A stretch of 64,000 nt of DNA from an uncultured Rickettsiales bacterium (GTDB lineage: Bacteria; Myxococcota_A; UBA796; UBA9615; CAYRNR01). Below are positions 1 to 8,063 of this stretch, in pieces. Made by a program: the position numbers and the translations under genes. Each line of letters opens with the position of its first letter. Positions within the stretch are counted from its first letter, which is position 1. The notes below the pieces were generated by a model. That model saw nothing but the letters and a program-made list of their open reading frames with translations, was not told the DNA's origin and searched no databases. The stretch spans positions 3,213 to 67,212 of the forward strand of contig CAZDDH010000012.1 in the NCBI GenBank assembly GCA_964504165.1, given 5' to 3'.

Positions 1-1026
1 CGGGCATGGCCCCCAGGGGGAAATCGAGCACCCTGTCCGTTCCCGCCGCGTCGATGACCGTGGGGATGGGGCCGGCCACGCCCAGCAGGTGGAGATCCAG
101 CGTGCCCATGTCCAGGGTCTCTACGTAGGTCCCCGGCTGGACGCACAGCACGTCGTTTTCGTCCGCGCCGTCGAGGGCGGCCTGTACCGTGGGGTAGTCG
201 CCGGGAATCCAGTCGTCACAGACGATGCAATCGTTGTCGGCGTGCCTGTCACAGTCGTTGTCGAGCCCGTCTCCGCAGATGTCCGTGGCGGCGGGGCTGA
301 TCAGGATGTCCGAATCGTCGCAGTCCCCCTGGCAGGGGGTGTACCCGTCCTGATCCTGGTCCATCGTCAGCTCGGGATCCTCGTCCACGTCGCCGTCGCA
401 GTCATTGTCCACCACGTCGCACAACTCTGGTGCCCCCGGATAGGTCGTCGCTGCCCCGTCGTCGCAGTCGTCGTCGCAGGTCGAATAGCCATCGCCGTCC
501 AGATCGACCTGGTTCAGCGACGCGTCCTCGTCGTCACAGTCCGGGGGATCGTCGCAGGTCGTGGCGCCGTCCCCGTCGGCGTCGTCGAGGTTCAGCGCCG
601 GGTTGTCGTCGTCGCAGTCGTTCTCCACGCAGACGCCGTCCCCGTCCTCGTCGATGCAGTTGTCGTCCTCGCAGTTGTTCTGTGACTCCTCGGCGCCGGG
701 GTGCACGTCCGGATCGTCGTCGTTGCAGTCCCAGTCCTCGAACTCCCCCTCGTACTCCTCGTCCTCCAGCGGGTAGCCGTCACAGTCCTTGTCGATGCCG
801 TCGCCGGCGCCGGCCGGTGTGCCCGGGCCGCAGTCGTCGCAATCCTGGTCGATGCCGTCCCCGTAGGGGTCATAGTTGCCTGGGTAGATGCTGGCGTCTT
901 CCGGCTCGCAGTCGTCCCGGTCGTCGGCGCCGTCGCCGTCGAAATCGAACCGCTCGTCCGTCAGTCGGCAGCCGGCCAGGGCGAACATCCCCACGGCGAA
1001 GAGCAACAGCAGATGATGGTTTCTCA
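1..1026 (-). CDS. Lipoprotein with Asp/Cys-rich MopE-like putative metal-binding repeats followed by the onset of a beta-helix region. The N-terminus is in the window and the gene runs off the left edge.
   Basis: Absent from the ORF track because it is open at the edge. My reverse-complement translation from GTG at 1026 gives MRNHHLLLLLFAVGMFALAGC (signal plus lipobox), then repeated DGDG-x-DCDD-x-PGA-x-E-x-CD-x-DNDCD units. Same architecture as CDS 8056..9834. Confidence 0.6.
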
Positions 1027-1061
1027 CGACGCGGTGACCCCCGAACCTCGTCGACAGAATA

Positions 1062-1949
1062 TCACGGGGGAGGGGCCACGGCTCCTGCGGCGCGCCCCGG
1101 ATGGGGGGTAAACGGCCCCAGGCGGATGGAGGCGCGTAGATCCACGGCGACCATCGCCCGCTCCACACCCGCGAAGGGCACGACGGCCCCCAGGGAGAAG
1201 CCGAAGCGTTTGCCGTCGCTGAAGCGCAGGGCCAGGGCCCCGGCCAGGGTGTCCAGCGGGGCGCGGTAGCCGAAGTTTCCGTGCAAGTCGATGGCCAGGG
1301 CGAAGGCCTTGCCCGGGCGCAACTCCGTACCGGCGGTGAGCACGCCGCCGATGCGCGGATTGGCGGCGCCCTTGGAGATGGCGAAGGAGGTCAGCCCTCC
1401 CAGCTGCACGTGGAAGTGCACCTTGCTCGAAGCCTTGAACTGGGCGGCCAGGCCCAGGTCGAACCCCACCGGCCAGGCGTTGCGGTAGATCCCCGCCGCC
1501 GTGGGCAGCACGATCTTCCCGTTGAGCCCGAGCCCCCATTTGTCGCGGACCAACAGCTGCCCGGCCGCACCGACGTTGGAGACCCCCAGCCCGACGGCGT
1601 CGGCCGCGATGGGTGTGATGACGCTCTCGTAGCGCAGGAACTCGAAGCTGCCGAACACCTCGAAGCGTTCGCTGACGGCGTAACTGCCGTCCAGCTTGCC
1701 GCCCACGGCCAGGTGCCCGTAGAAGTTGGGCATGTCCACCAGCAGCAGGGCGTCGACGCCGAGCCCCACCTCGCTGCGGCCGCAGAATCGGTGGGCATTA
1801 CCCAGGTTGCCGTCCAGGGTGCTGGAGATGATCGGGCCGGCGGGTAGGCCGTCGCCCATGTCGGCGCACAGCTGAGCCGTGGCCGGGCGCGGGTGCAGGG
1901 ACACCAGCAGGGCCGCGGCCAGCAACAGGGCCAGGTGGAAGCGACTCAT
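1062..1949 (-). CDS. Exported hypothetical protein, probable outer-membrane beta-barrel
   Basis: Signal peptide MSRFHLALLLAAALLVSLHPRPATAQ. Gly/aromatic-rich alternating strands. Its ATG overlaps the stop of the upstream gene (ATGA at 1946-1949). Confidence 0.45.
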   Translation of the reverse strand: MSRFHLALLLAAALLVSLHPRPATAQLCADMGDGLPAGPIISSTLDGNLGNAHRFCGRSEVGLGVDALLLVDMPNFYGHLAVGGKLDGSYAVSERFEVFGSFEFLRYESVITPIAADAVGLGVSNVGAAGQLLVRDKWGLGLNGKIVLPTAAGIYRNAWPVGFDLGLAAQFKASSKVHFHVQLGGLTSFAISKGAANPRIGGVLTAGTELRPGKAFALAIDLHGNFGYRAPLDTLAGALALRFSDGKRFGFSLGAVVPFAGVERAMVAVDLRASIRLGPFTPHPGRAAGAVAPPP

Positions 1950-4930
1950 CGGTCCACCCCCTCGAAGCCGCCCCCATCCCGGTCGAAGACCAGGGGGTTG
2001 GTGTAGGCGTAGGGGTACCCGCCGGGGGTCACCGCGCGGAAGATGTAGTCGGTGCTCTCCCGGTCCTCGGGGGGCGGGGGATTGGCCAGGGGGCCCGTCG
2101 AGGTCAGGCAGCTCTCCCCCGGGTCCTCCTCCAGCCCTTCCACGTCCCGCCAGTCGATGGCGCCGTCGCCGTTGTTGTCCCCCGTGTCCTCGAAGCCGTT
2201 GCAGTCCAGATCGGCGTTGGGCTCCAGGGCGTGGCCCGCCTCCACCACCAGCCAGCTGTCGCCGCTGGCGGGGAGCAGATCGTCCAGGGGGATCTCCAGG
2301 TCCAGGCGTTGCAAGCCGTCCAGCCCGATGGGATCGTCCGGGTGGTCCAGCTCGTCGGTGAGGGTGCGGACCACCTCGCCGTTGACCACGATGCGCACCT
2401 CGTCCACCGGGACCCAGGGGGCCGCGTGGACCACGATGCGCAAATCGGCGCCGGAGGCCAGCCCGTCGATGGGCGTCATGCTCGGCGTCCGCACCGCGCC
2501 GTCGCTGTCCTCGGTGCTGATCTCGATGACCGGGCCGTTGGTCCCCACCATGCGTCCGTCCCGCACCGCCTCGTTGAAGGCGTCCTCGTCAAAGGCGACC
2601 ACGTCCGTGTCGGCCCACACCAGCGTCCGCGGCGTGCCCACCACGCTGTCGGAGAGGGTGTGGGAATCGGAGTTGGCCGTGCCGGCCCGCAGCAGGCCCT
2701 GATTGAACAGGTAGAACCACAAGGTCCGGTACTGCAGTACCCGGTCGTTCTCGGTGCCGTTCATCACCTCCTGGACGTGGTAGTCCGAGTTGGCGAAATC
2801 GGCGCCTTCCGGCTGGTACGCGAACAGGCTGGGCAGGGTGCCGTCGAACGCCAGCGGCAGATCGCCGGTGGCGTCCAGGCCGATGGCGGTGATCCAGCCC
2901 AGATCCCGGCCGAACTCCAGGTAGCTCAGCGGGTGGTTGAGCTGGATGACGCCGGTCTCCTCGTCCCAGCCGGCGTCCCGCATGCGGGTGAACACCTCGC
3001 CTGGGAGGGCCATCTCTTCCCAGGCGGCACCCAGGTAGGGGTCGTCCGCGTCGTAGGGCATCGGCCACAGGTTCCAGTGGCCCATCACCTGGGGATATTC
3101 GGAGTCGGGGAGGAACTTGAACAGGATGTCGCCGGTGGCCTCGGTGCCGTTCATCACCGCCACCCGGTCCTCCACGCCCATCATCCCGATCATCTCCGAG
3201 TAATCCCCGGTCACCTCGTGGTCCGTGGCGGCGATGACGTCCAGGCGGGCCGCCAGGAAGGCCTGCACCCGGGTGTCGTCGGGGATGGTGGAGTCGCGGG
3301 AGGTCCCCCCGTGCACGTGCAGGTCGGCGGACAGCACGCCCGCGGGCAGCACGGGCAGCGTCTCCAGCTCCAGCTCGATGGTCTCCTCGCTGCCCGCGGT
3401 CACCTGGATCCCCCGCACGATGTCCATGGAGGCGAAGGGGCCAGCGGTGGCGAAGACGTCATAGGTGCCCGGCAGCACCTCCACCGTCACCGTGCCGTCC
3501 AGCAGCACCCGGTTGCACGCCGGGGACTCGCCGTGGGGGGCGCCCAGCAGCGGGGCGCAGTCGTAGAAGTGGCCGAACATCTGGCCGGTCACCGCCTCCT
3601 CGGTGGCGTCATCCGACGGGTGGACGAAGACCTGGACGTGGTCCTGGGCGCCGTCGAGGATGGCGTCCAGGGTGATGGTGCCGGTCAGGGGGATGTCCAG
3701 GATGCCGAAATCCGTGTCTGCGGAGCCCACGCTCACGTCCATCTCCGCCACCGTGATCCCGTAGGACTCGACGGACAGCACGTAGTCCCGATCCGTCGGG
3801 ACGCGGGCGGCGATCTGCCCGTCCACGTTGGGGCGGGCGTGGGACCAGGGAATGCGCTCCTCCAGCGGCGTGTCCGTGGTGCCCTCCGAGAGGGTCACCG
3901 CAGCGCGCAGCCCTTCGCTGAGTCCGTCTCCGTAGCCGTCGGCCTGCAGACGGCCGGTGAGTTCGACCCAGGGCTCCTCGAAGAGCTGCTCCCGGACCTC
4001 CAGGGCCAGGTCCACCGCCGGCGCCACGGACGAGCCGTCGCTGACAGCGATGAAGCGCTCGAAGATGCCGTAGTCCGAGGGCATCAGCACCCTCGGTTCC
4101 AGGCCGACGACGGTCACCATCTCGCTGTGGAAGCCGAAGATCGACTCCTCGTTGCAGGCCACCTCGGCGTAGGAGACGGCCGGCTCCGTGTGGGCCGCCG
4201 TGATCAGGTACGGGGACTCGGTGATGCCGTCGCCCAGGGTGGAGAGGCCGAACTCCGGGTGATCGAAGCCCAGGCCCGGGCCCGGCGAGAACGGCAGGAT
4301 GCCCTTGCCGCCGTAGAAGTAGCCGTCCGCCAGGAACAGGGAGATGGGGTCGGGCTCCAGGTTGACCACCTCGGTGCGGATGCGCACCCCCGGCTCGCAC
4401 GAGCGCACCTCGTAGCGCGTGGCGACGATGGTGTCCGGCCGGTCCTCCAGGTGGCCCATCACCTGGACCGCGGCGAAGCCATCGCCCTCGAAGGTGCGCA
4501 GGTCGGTGAAGTGTGGGGCCTCGACGGGCAGCACGCCGGTGGCTTGCTGAATGCTGCGGATGGAGTCGGGCCCGCCGACGGTGGCCAGATCCAGGATCGT
4601 GCCGCCGGTGGGGGACAGGAAGTGGGGGTGGTCCAGGGCGTCGATGACCACCGCCACCTGGTCGTTTTGCAGCAGGAAATCGCCGGGGCTGGAGAGGGCA
4701 TCCAGGGACTCCGGGACGACGTCCCCCACCGCGATCTCGGCCACGGTCGCAGACCCGTCGGAGCAGATGAAATCCAGGTCCAGGCAAGGGGACGGCACGA
4801 TGCACTCGGGATCGTCGCCGGTGAGGCATCCTTCCTTCTGGCAACCCGTGGAACCCCACGAGGTCAGCGCTGCCAGAAAGAGGGCCAAGGCCGGCGGCAG
4901 GGGCATGGGGAAGTGGATGATTTTTTTCAT
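1946..4930 (-). CDS. Large secreted PHP-domain (CehA/McbA-like) metallohydrolase, possible lipoprotein
   Basis: N-terminal signal ending GSTGC. PHP-type metal ligand motifs LHVHGGTSRDS, ATDHE and NSDSHT. C-terminal Ca-binding-like DTGDNNGDGAIDWRD. Confidence 0.5.
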   Translation of the reverse strand: MKKIIHFPMPLPPALALFLAALTSWGSTGCQKEGCLTGDDPECIVPSPCLDLDFICSDGSATVAEIAVGDVVPESLDALSSPGDFLLQNDQVAVVIDALDHPHFLSPTGGTILDLATVGGPDSIRSIQQATGVLPVEAPHFTDLRTFEGDGFAAVQVMGHLEDRPDTIVATRYEVRSCEPGVRIRTEVVNLEPDPISLFLADGYFYGGKGILPFSPGPGLGFDHPEFGLSTLGDGITESPYLITAAHTEPAVSYAEVACNEESIFGFHSEMVTVVGLEPRVLMPSDYGIFERFIAVSDGSSVAPAVDLALEVREQLFEEPWVELTGRLQADGYGDGLSEGLRAAVTLSEGTTDTPLEERIPWSHARPNVDGQIAARVPTDRDYVLSVESYGITVAEMDVSVGSADTDFGILDIPLTGTITLDAILDGAQDHVQVFVHPSDDATEEAVTGQMFGHFYDCAPLLGAPHGESPACNRVLLDGTVTVEVLPGTYDVFATAGPFASMDIVRGIQVTAGSEETIELELETLPVLPAGVLSADLHVHGGTSRDSTIPDDTRVQAFLAARLDVIAATDHEVTGDYSEMIGMMGVEDRVAVMNGTEATGDILFKFLPDSEYPQVMGHWNLWPMPYDADDPYLGAAWEEMALPGEVFTRMRDAGWDEETGVIQLNHPLSYLEFGRDLGWITAIGLDATGDLPLAFDGTLPSLFAYQPEGADFANSDYHVQEVMNGTENDRVLQYRTLWFYLFNQGLLRAGTANSDSHTLSDSVVGTPRTLVWADTDVVAFDEDAFNEAVRDGRMVGTNGPVIEISTEDSDGAVRTPSMTPIDGLASGADLRIVVHAAPWVPVDEVRIVVNGEVVRTLTDELDHPDDPIGLDGLQRLDLEIPLDDLLPASGDSWLVVEAGHALEPNADLDCNGFEDTGDNNGDGAIDWRDVEGLEEDPGESCLTSTGPLANPPPPEDRESTDYIFRAVTPGGYPYAYTNPLVFDRDGGGFEGVDR

Positions 4931-5030
4931 GTAGGCTTGCCTCCCGGAGGGGGGAACTATAACAACGATCTAGATCGATGGAACCGATATCCGTCTTTCC
5001 CAGGAACGGAATCACTGGAACGATATCAAG

Positions 5031-6125
5031 ATGTTTTGCCGCCGCAAGCTCATACAACGATGCGCCATCGTCTGGATGCTGGCCGTGGCCTCCGGCCCCG
5101 GTGAGTGCCTGGCGGTGGACGTGGTGTTCTATGTGCCCCACGAGGGCGATGCGGTGCTGTGGGACGAGGTCGTGGCAGCCGTCTGGCTGGGTGAGGGTGT
5201 GGAGACGGCCCTGTGGCCCGGCGAATGGCCGCCCGATATCGGGAGTGCCGGAGCGGTGGCCGGTGTAACCCTGCCCGACGACCGGTGTCTATGTTGGTTG
5301 GACGAAGGGCCGGCGACCCCATCCCTCGTGGCCTACATGACCGACTGGGACCGGCCCGTCACCCAGGGTGTGGATGCCACGGGTCTCTCCCACGAAGAGC
5401 TCGTCAAGGTCGCGGTGATCCTGACGATGAGCTTGAAGCGAGGCATCGCCATCTCGGACAGCGGGTGGGTCCCGCCACCCGTCGCCGAGGCCCCAGCGGA
5501 AGAAGGAGCCTCCGTATCTGCCACCAGCGAGCCGGTCATCCCCCCCGACGAGGAGGCGGTCACCGTCGACGAGACGGTCGTCCCACCCGTGGCCATGGCC
5601 CCCCCGCGGACCACCGTGGAGGTGGGGCTCGGGGGCGGCGTCGGCTTGCGCACAGAGTCCATGGAGCAGGCCGGGGCCGCGAGCGTCCGGCTGGCCATCT
5701 TGCGGGGGGGATGGTTCGGCCCCGGTATCCAGGTGAGCGGGGAGTTCGGCCGCCAGATCGGCACGTCGGACTATTCGATCCGCGTCCAGCGGGTCACCGT
5801 CGCCGCCCGCTGGCAATTCACACCGAGGGTGCGGCAGGTGGAGATCCCGATGGCCGTGGGTGTCGGGTTCACTCCGATCGCCGTGCGCCTGATCGACGAG
5901 ACCGACGGGGGATGGATGACGGCCGTTCTTCCCACGGCATCGGCCGAGGCCGGCTTGCGGTTCGCGATCCAGCCCGGGGTCCAGCTGGGATTGAGGCTGG
6001 AGGCAACCTTCGATCTGCAGAACTATCAGATCGAAATCCAGCGGGATGGTGCCGTGGTGGACAACGACGGATTGCACTGGTTCGCATTCATCCCGAAACT
6101 GGAGATCGTGTTCGGATCCAGATAA
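5031..6125 (+). CDS. Exported hypothetical protein with a Pro/Glu linker and a C-terminal beta-barrel-like domain
   Basis: Hydrophobic N-terminus (IVWMLAVASG), PPVAEAPAEE linker, and alternating-hydrophobic strands up to the C-terminus (KLEIVFGSR). Confidence 0.4.
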   Translation: MFCRRKLIQRCAIVWMLAVASGPGECLAVDVVFYVPHEGDAVLWDEVVAAVWLGEGVETALWPGEWPPDIGSAGAVAGVTLPDDRCLCWLDEGPATPSLVAYMTDWDRPVTQGVDATGLSHEELVKVAVILTMSLKRGIAISDSGWVPPPVAEAPAEEGASVSATSEPVIPPDEEAVTVDETVVPPVAMAPPRTTVEVGLGGGVGLRTESMEQAGAASVRLAILRGGWFGPGIQVSGEFGRQIGTSDYSIRVQRVTVAARWQFTPRVRQVEIPMAVGVGFTPIAVRLIDETDGGWMTAVLPTASAEAGLRFAIQPGVQLGLRLEATFDLQNYQIEIQRDGAVVDNDGLHWFAFIPKLEIVFGSR

Positions 6126-6171
6126 TCACAATAAAAACCGTCATGGATCCGGTGGTGGGTACATCAGCTCG

Positions 6172-6762
6172 ATGAGACAGGGAGCGAACAGTGGCGTAGG
6201 TGAGCCTGCCTGGCTGGCCGGCCTGCGTGAGGGGCGACCCCAGGACAGGGAAGCCTTCGTCGCTGCCACGCTTCCGCAAGTGGTCGGCTGGTGCAACCGG
6301 CTTTCCGGACCGGGGGTAGATGGTGAAGACGTGGCCCACGAAGTGATGCTCATCGCCCTGGACAAGGCGCACGCCTTGGGTCCGGAGCCGAACATCCAGG
6401 GCTGGCTGTTTGCCATCACCCGGCGGGTACTGGCCAACTACAGGCGCCGAGCATGGGTCAAACGTATCCGGGACACGTTTGGTGGACCGGATGCGTTCGT
6501 GGACAAGACGTCCAACCCGGAGCAAGCGCTGGGTGCCAGGCAACGTGCCGATCTGGCCCGTGCGTGCCTGGACCAGCTGTCTCGCCGGCATCGCGAGGTG
6601 CTCGTGCTGTACGACCTGGAGGAGCGGAGCGCCCGCGAAGTGGGCGAACTGCTGGACATCCGGGAAGACGCTGTGCGGGCCCTGGTGATGCGGGCACGGC
6701 GGAATCTCAAGCGAGCGGCCCGCAAGGCGGGCTATCGCCCAGACGGGAAGGGACTCGAGTGA
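6172..6762 (+). CDS. ECF-family RNA polymerase sigma-70 factor
   Basis: Region 2 (EDVAHEVMLIAL, WLFAITRRVLANYRRR) and region 4 HTH (LSRRHREVLVLYDLEERSAREVGELLDIREDAVRALVMRARRNL). Start trimmed from track ORF 6046 to the in-frame ATG at 6172. Confidence 0.85.
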   Translation: MRQGANSGVGEPAWLAGLREGRPQDREAFVAATLPQVVGWCNRLSGPGVDGEDVAHEVMLIALDKAHALGPEPNIQGWLFAITRRVLANYRRRAWVKRIRDTFGGPDAFVDKTSNPEQALGARQRADLARACLDQLSRRHREVLVLYDLEERSAREVGELLDIREDAVRALVMRARRNLKRAARKAGYRPDGKGLE

Positions 6763-8063
6763 CCCCGGTCGACCCCAAGCCTCACCAGCCGCCGGAGGAC
6801 CTGCAGGTCCGGGAGCTGGTGGATTCCCTGCGAAGGGATCTGGTCACGGATGAGTCCCTTACGATCCACCGCGTGGAGCAGCGCCTGCAAACGCCCTCTC
6901 CGGTCCCGAGGCGCCCGCTGTGGATCCCCGTCGGTGCGGCAACGGCCGCGCTGGCGGCGCTGCTCGTCCTGGCCGTCCTCCTCATCCGGCCGCCCGTTTC
7001 CGACGGGCCTCCGGTGGAGCTGGCCGACGTCCCCGAGGCGGCACCAGGCCCGCTGGTCCTGGCCGCGGCTGGGGATGTGGTGTCCGCCGTCACCGACGAG
7101 AAAACAGCCCTGGTCGAGGGCGGCGCCGCCCGGGCCACCTTGGCCCCGGACAGCGTGCTGCGCCGGCTGGAAGACGTCGGCCAGGCCCCGGCCCTGATGC
7201 TGGAACACGGGACCGTGACCGTGAACGCGGAAAAGGCGTCCCTGAGGCGCCTGGTGGTGGAGGCGGACGACGTGAGCCTGGTGGCCATCGGTTCGTCCTT
7301 CCAGCTGGAACGCGTGGATGACCGTATCGCCGTGGAGGTCCTGTCCGGGCGCGTGGAGGTCCATCACGGCGACGAACGGATCGAGATCGGTGCGGGGGAG
7401 CGGTGGCAACGGCCATCCCTGTCGGTGGGCCGCGGAGACAGCAAACCGGCGTCCGAGAATGCGTACGACGAGGGCCTGGGTGACGCCCGGGACGGCGCCG
7501 GCCGGCTGGTCGCATCCCCGCCGCCGCCGCGGGTGAACGTCAACGACGCCGACGTGGCTTTCCTGGCGCTCCTGGACGCCCGGGATAGCGGCGCCACCCC
7601 CGACGAATTGATCGTGCGGGCCGACGCCTACCTGTCGGCCCACCCGGACGGCCACTTCGTCGAGGAGGCCGAGGCGACCCGGCTGGAGGCCCTGGCAGAC
7701 GCGGGCCGGTATGCCGAGGCGTTCGTCAAGGCGGGTGAGTTCTGCCGTGCGCATCCGGCGAGCCCCCGCCGGACGCAGATCCTGTGGCTGCAGGCCACGG
7801 TGGCCCGGGACCGCCTCAAGGACTGCGAGCTGGCCCTACCCGTCTACCGCGAGCTGGTCGCCCTGGAAGGGGAGACCGCTGCCGGGGCCGAGGCCAACTA
7901 CTTCTTGGCTGTTTGCGCCCTGGAGAGGGGGCTGCGCACGGAGGCTGCCCAGGCCCTGAACCGTTCCCTTGCCGCGTCCCCGGATGGCCCCTATGGTGGT
8001 CCAGCGAGGGAGATGCTGGATGGGATCGAAGACAACGGGGGCTCCGGGACACCCGGTGAGTAG
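6759..8063 (+). CDS. Membrane anti-sigma factor, FecR-like, with a C-terminal TPR-like region
   Basis: GTG at 6759 overlaps the sigma-factor stop (GTGA). Single TM helix LWIPVGAATAALAALLVLAVLLI. FecR-like beta segment (VTVNAEKASLRRLVVEADDVSLVAIGSSFQLERVDD...GRVEVHHGDE). Confidence 0.7.
   Translation: MTPVDPKPHQPPEDLQVRELVDSLRRDLVTDESLTIHRVEQRLQTPSPVPRRPLWIPVGAATAALAALLVLAVLLIRPPVSDGPPVELADVPEAAPGPLVLAAAGDVVSAVTDEKTALVEGGAARATLAPDSVLRRLEDVGQAPALMLEHGTVTVNAEKASLRRLVVEADDVSLVAIGSSFQLERVDDRIAVEVLSGRVEVHHGDERIEIGAGERWQRPSLSVGRGDSKPASENAYDEGLGDARDGAGRLVASPPPPRVNVNDADVAFLALLDARDSGATPDELIVRADAYLSAHPDGHFVEEAEATRLEALADAGRYAEAFVKAGEFCRAHPASPRRTQILWLQATVARDRLKDCELALPVYRELVALEGETAAGAEANYFLAVCALERGLRTEAAQALNRSLAASPDGPYGGPAREMLDGIEDNGGSGTPGE

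Noticed and set aside
1-1000. Highly periodic GAC/GTC/GCA-rich DNA that could be mistaken for a tandem repeat or CRISPR-like array
   Set aside because: The periodicity is codon-level (Asp/Cys/Gly repeats of a coding sequence). There are no identical direct repeats separated by unique spacers.
430-1269. 279-aa Arg/Pro-rich ORF resembling a protamine-like basic protein
   Set aside because: It is an out-of-frame reading of the Asp/Cys-repeat lipoprotein gene on the other strand. The extreme Arg/Pro/Ser composition comes from GC-rich codons and is not a real product.
2231-5104. 957-aa plus-strand ORF, the longest in this part of the window
   Set aside because: It lies entirely antisense to the well-supported PHP lipoprotein gene. 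Its translation is a low-complexity Gly/Arg/His/Val/Ala string with no recognisable motif. This is a typical shadow ORF of high-GC DNA. The same reasoning applies to 11880..13256(-), 22809..24686(-), 24806..26002(-), 28523..30262(+), 30486..32354(+), 32366..33433(+), 46944..48197(+), 47462..48616(+), 54814..55659(+) and similar ORFs.
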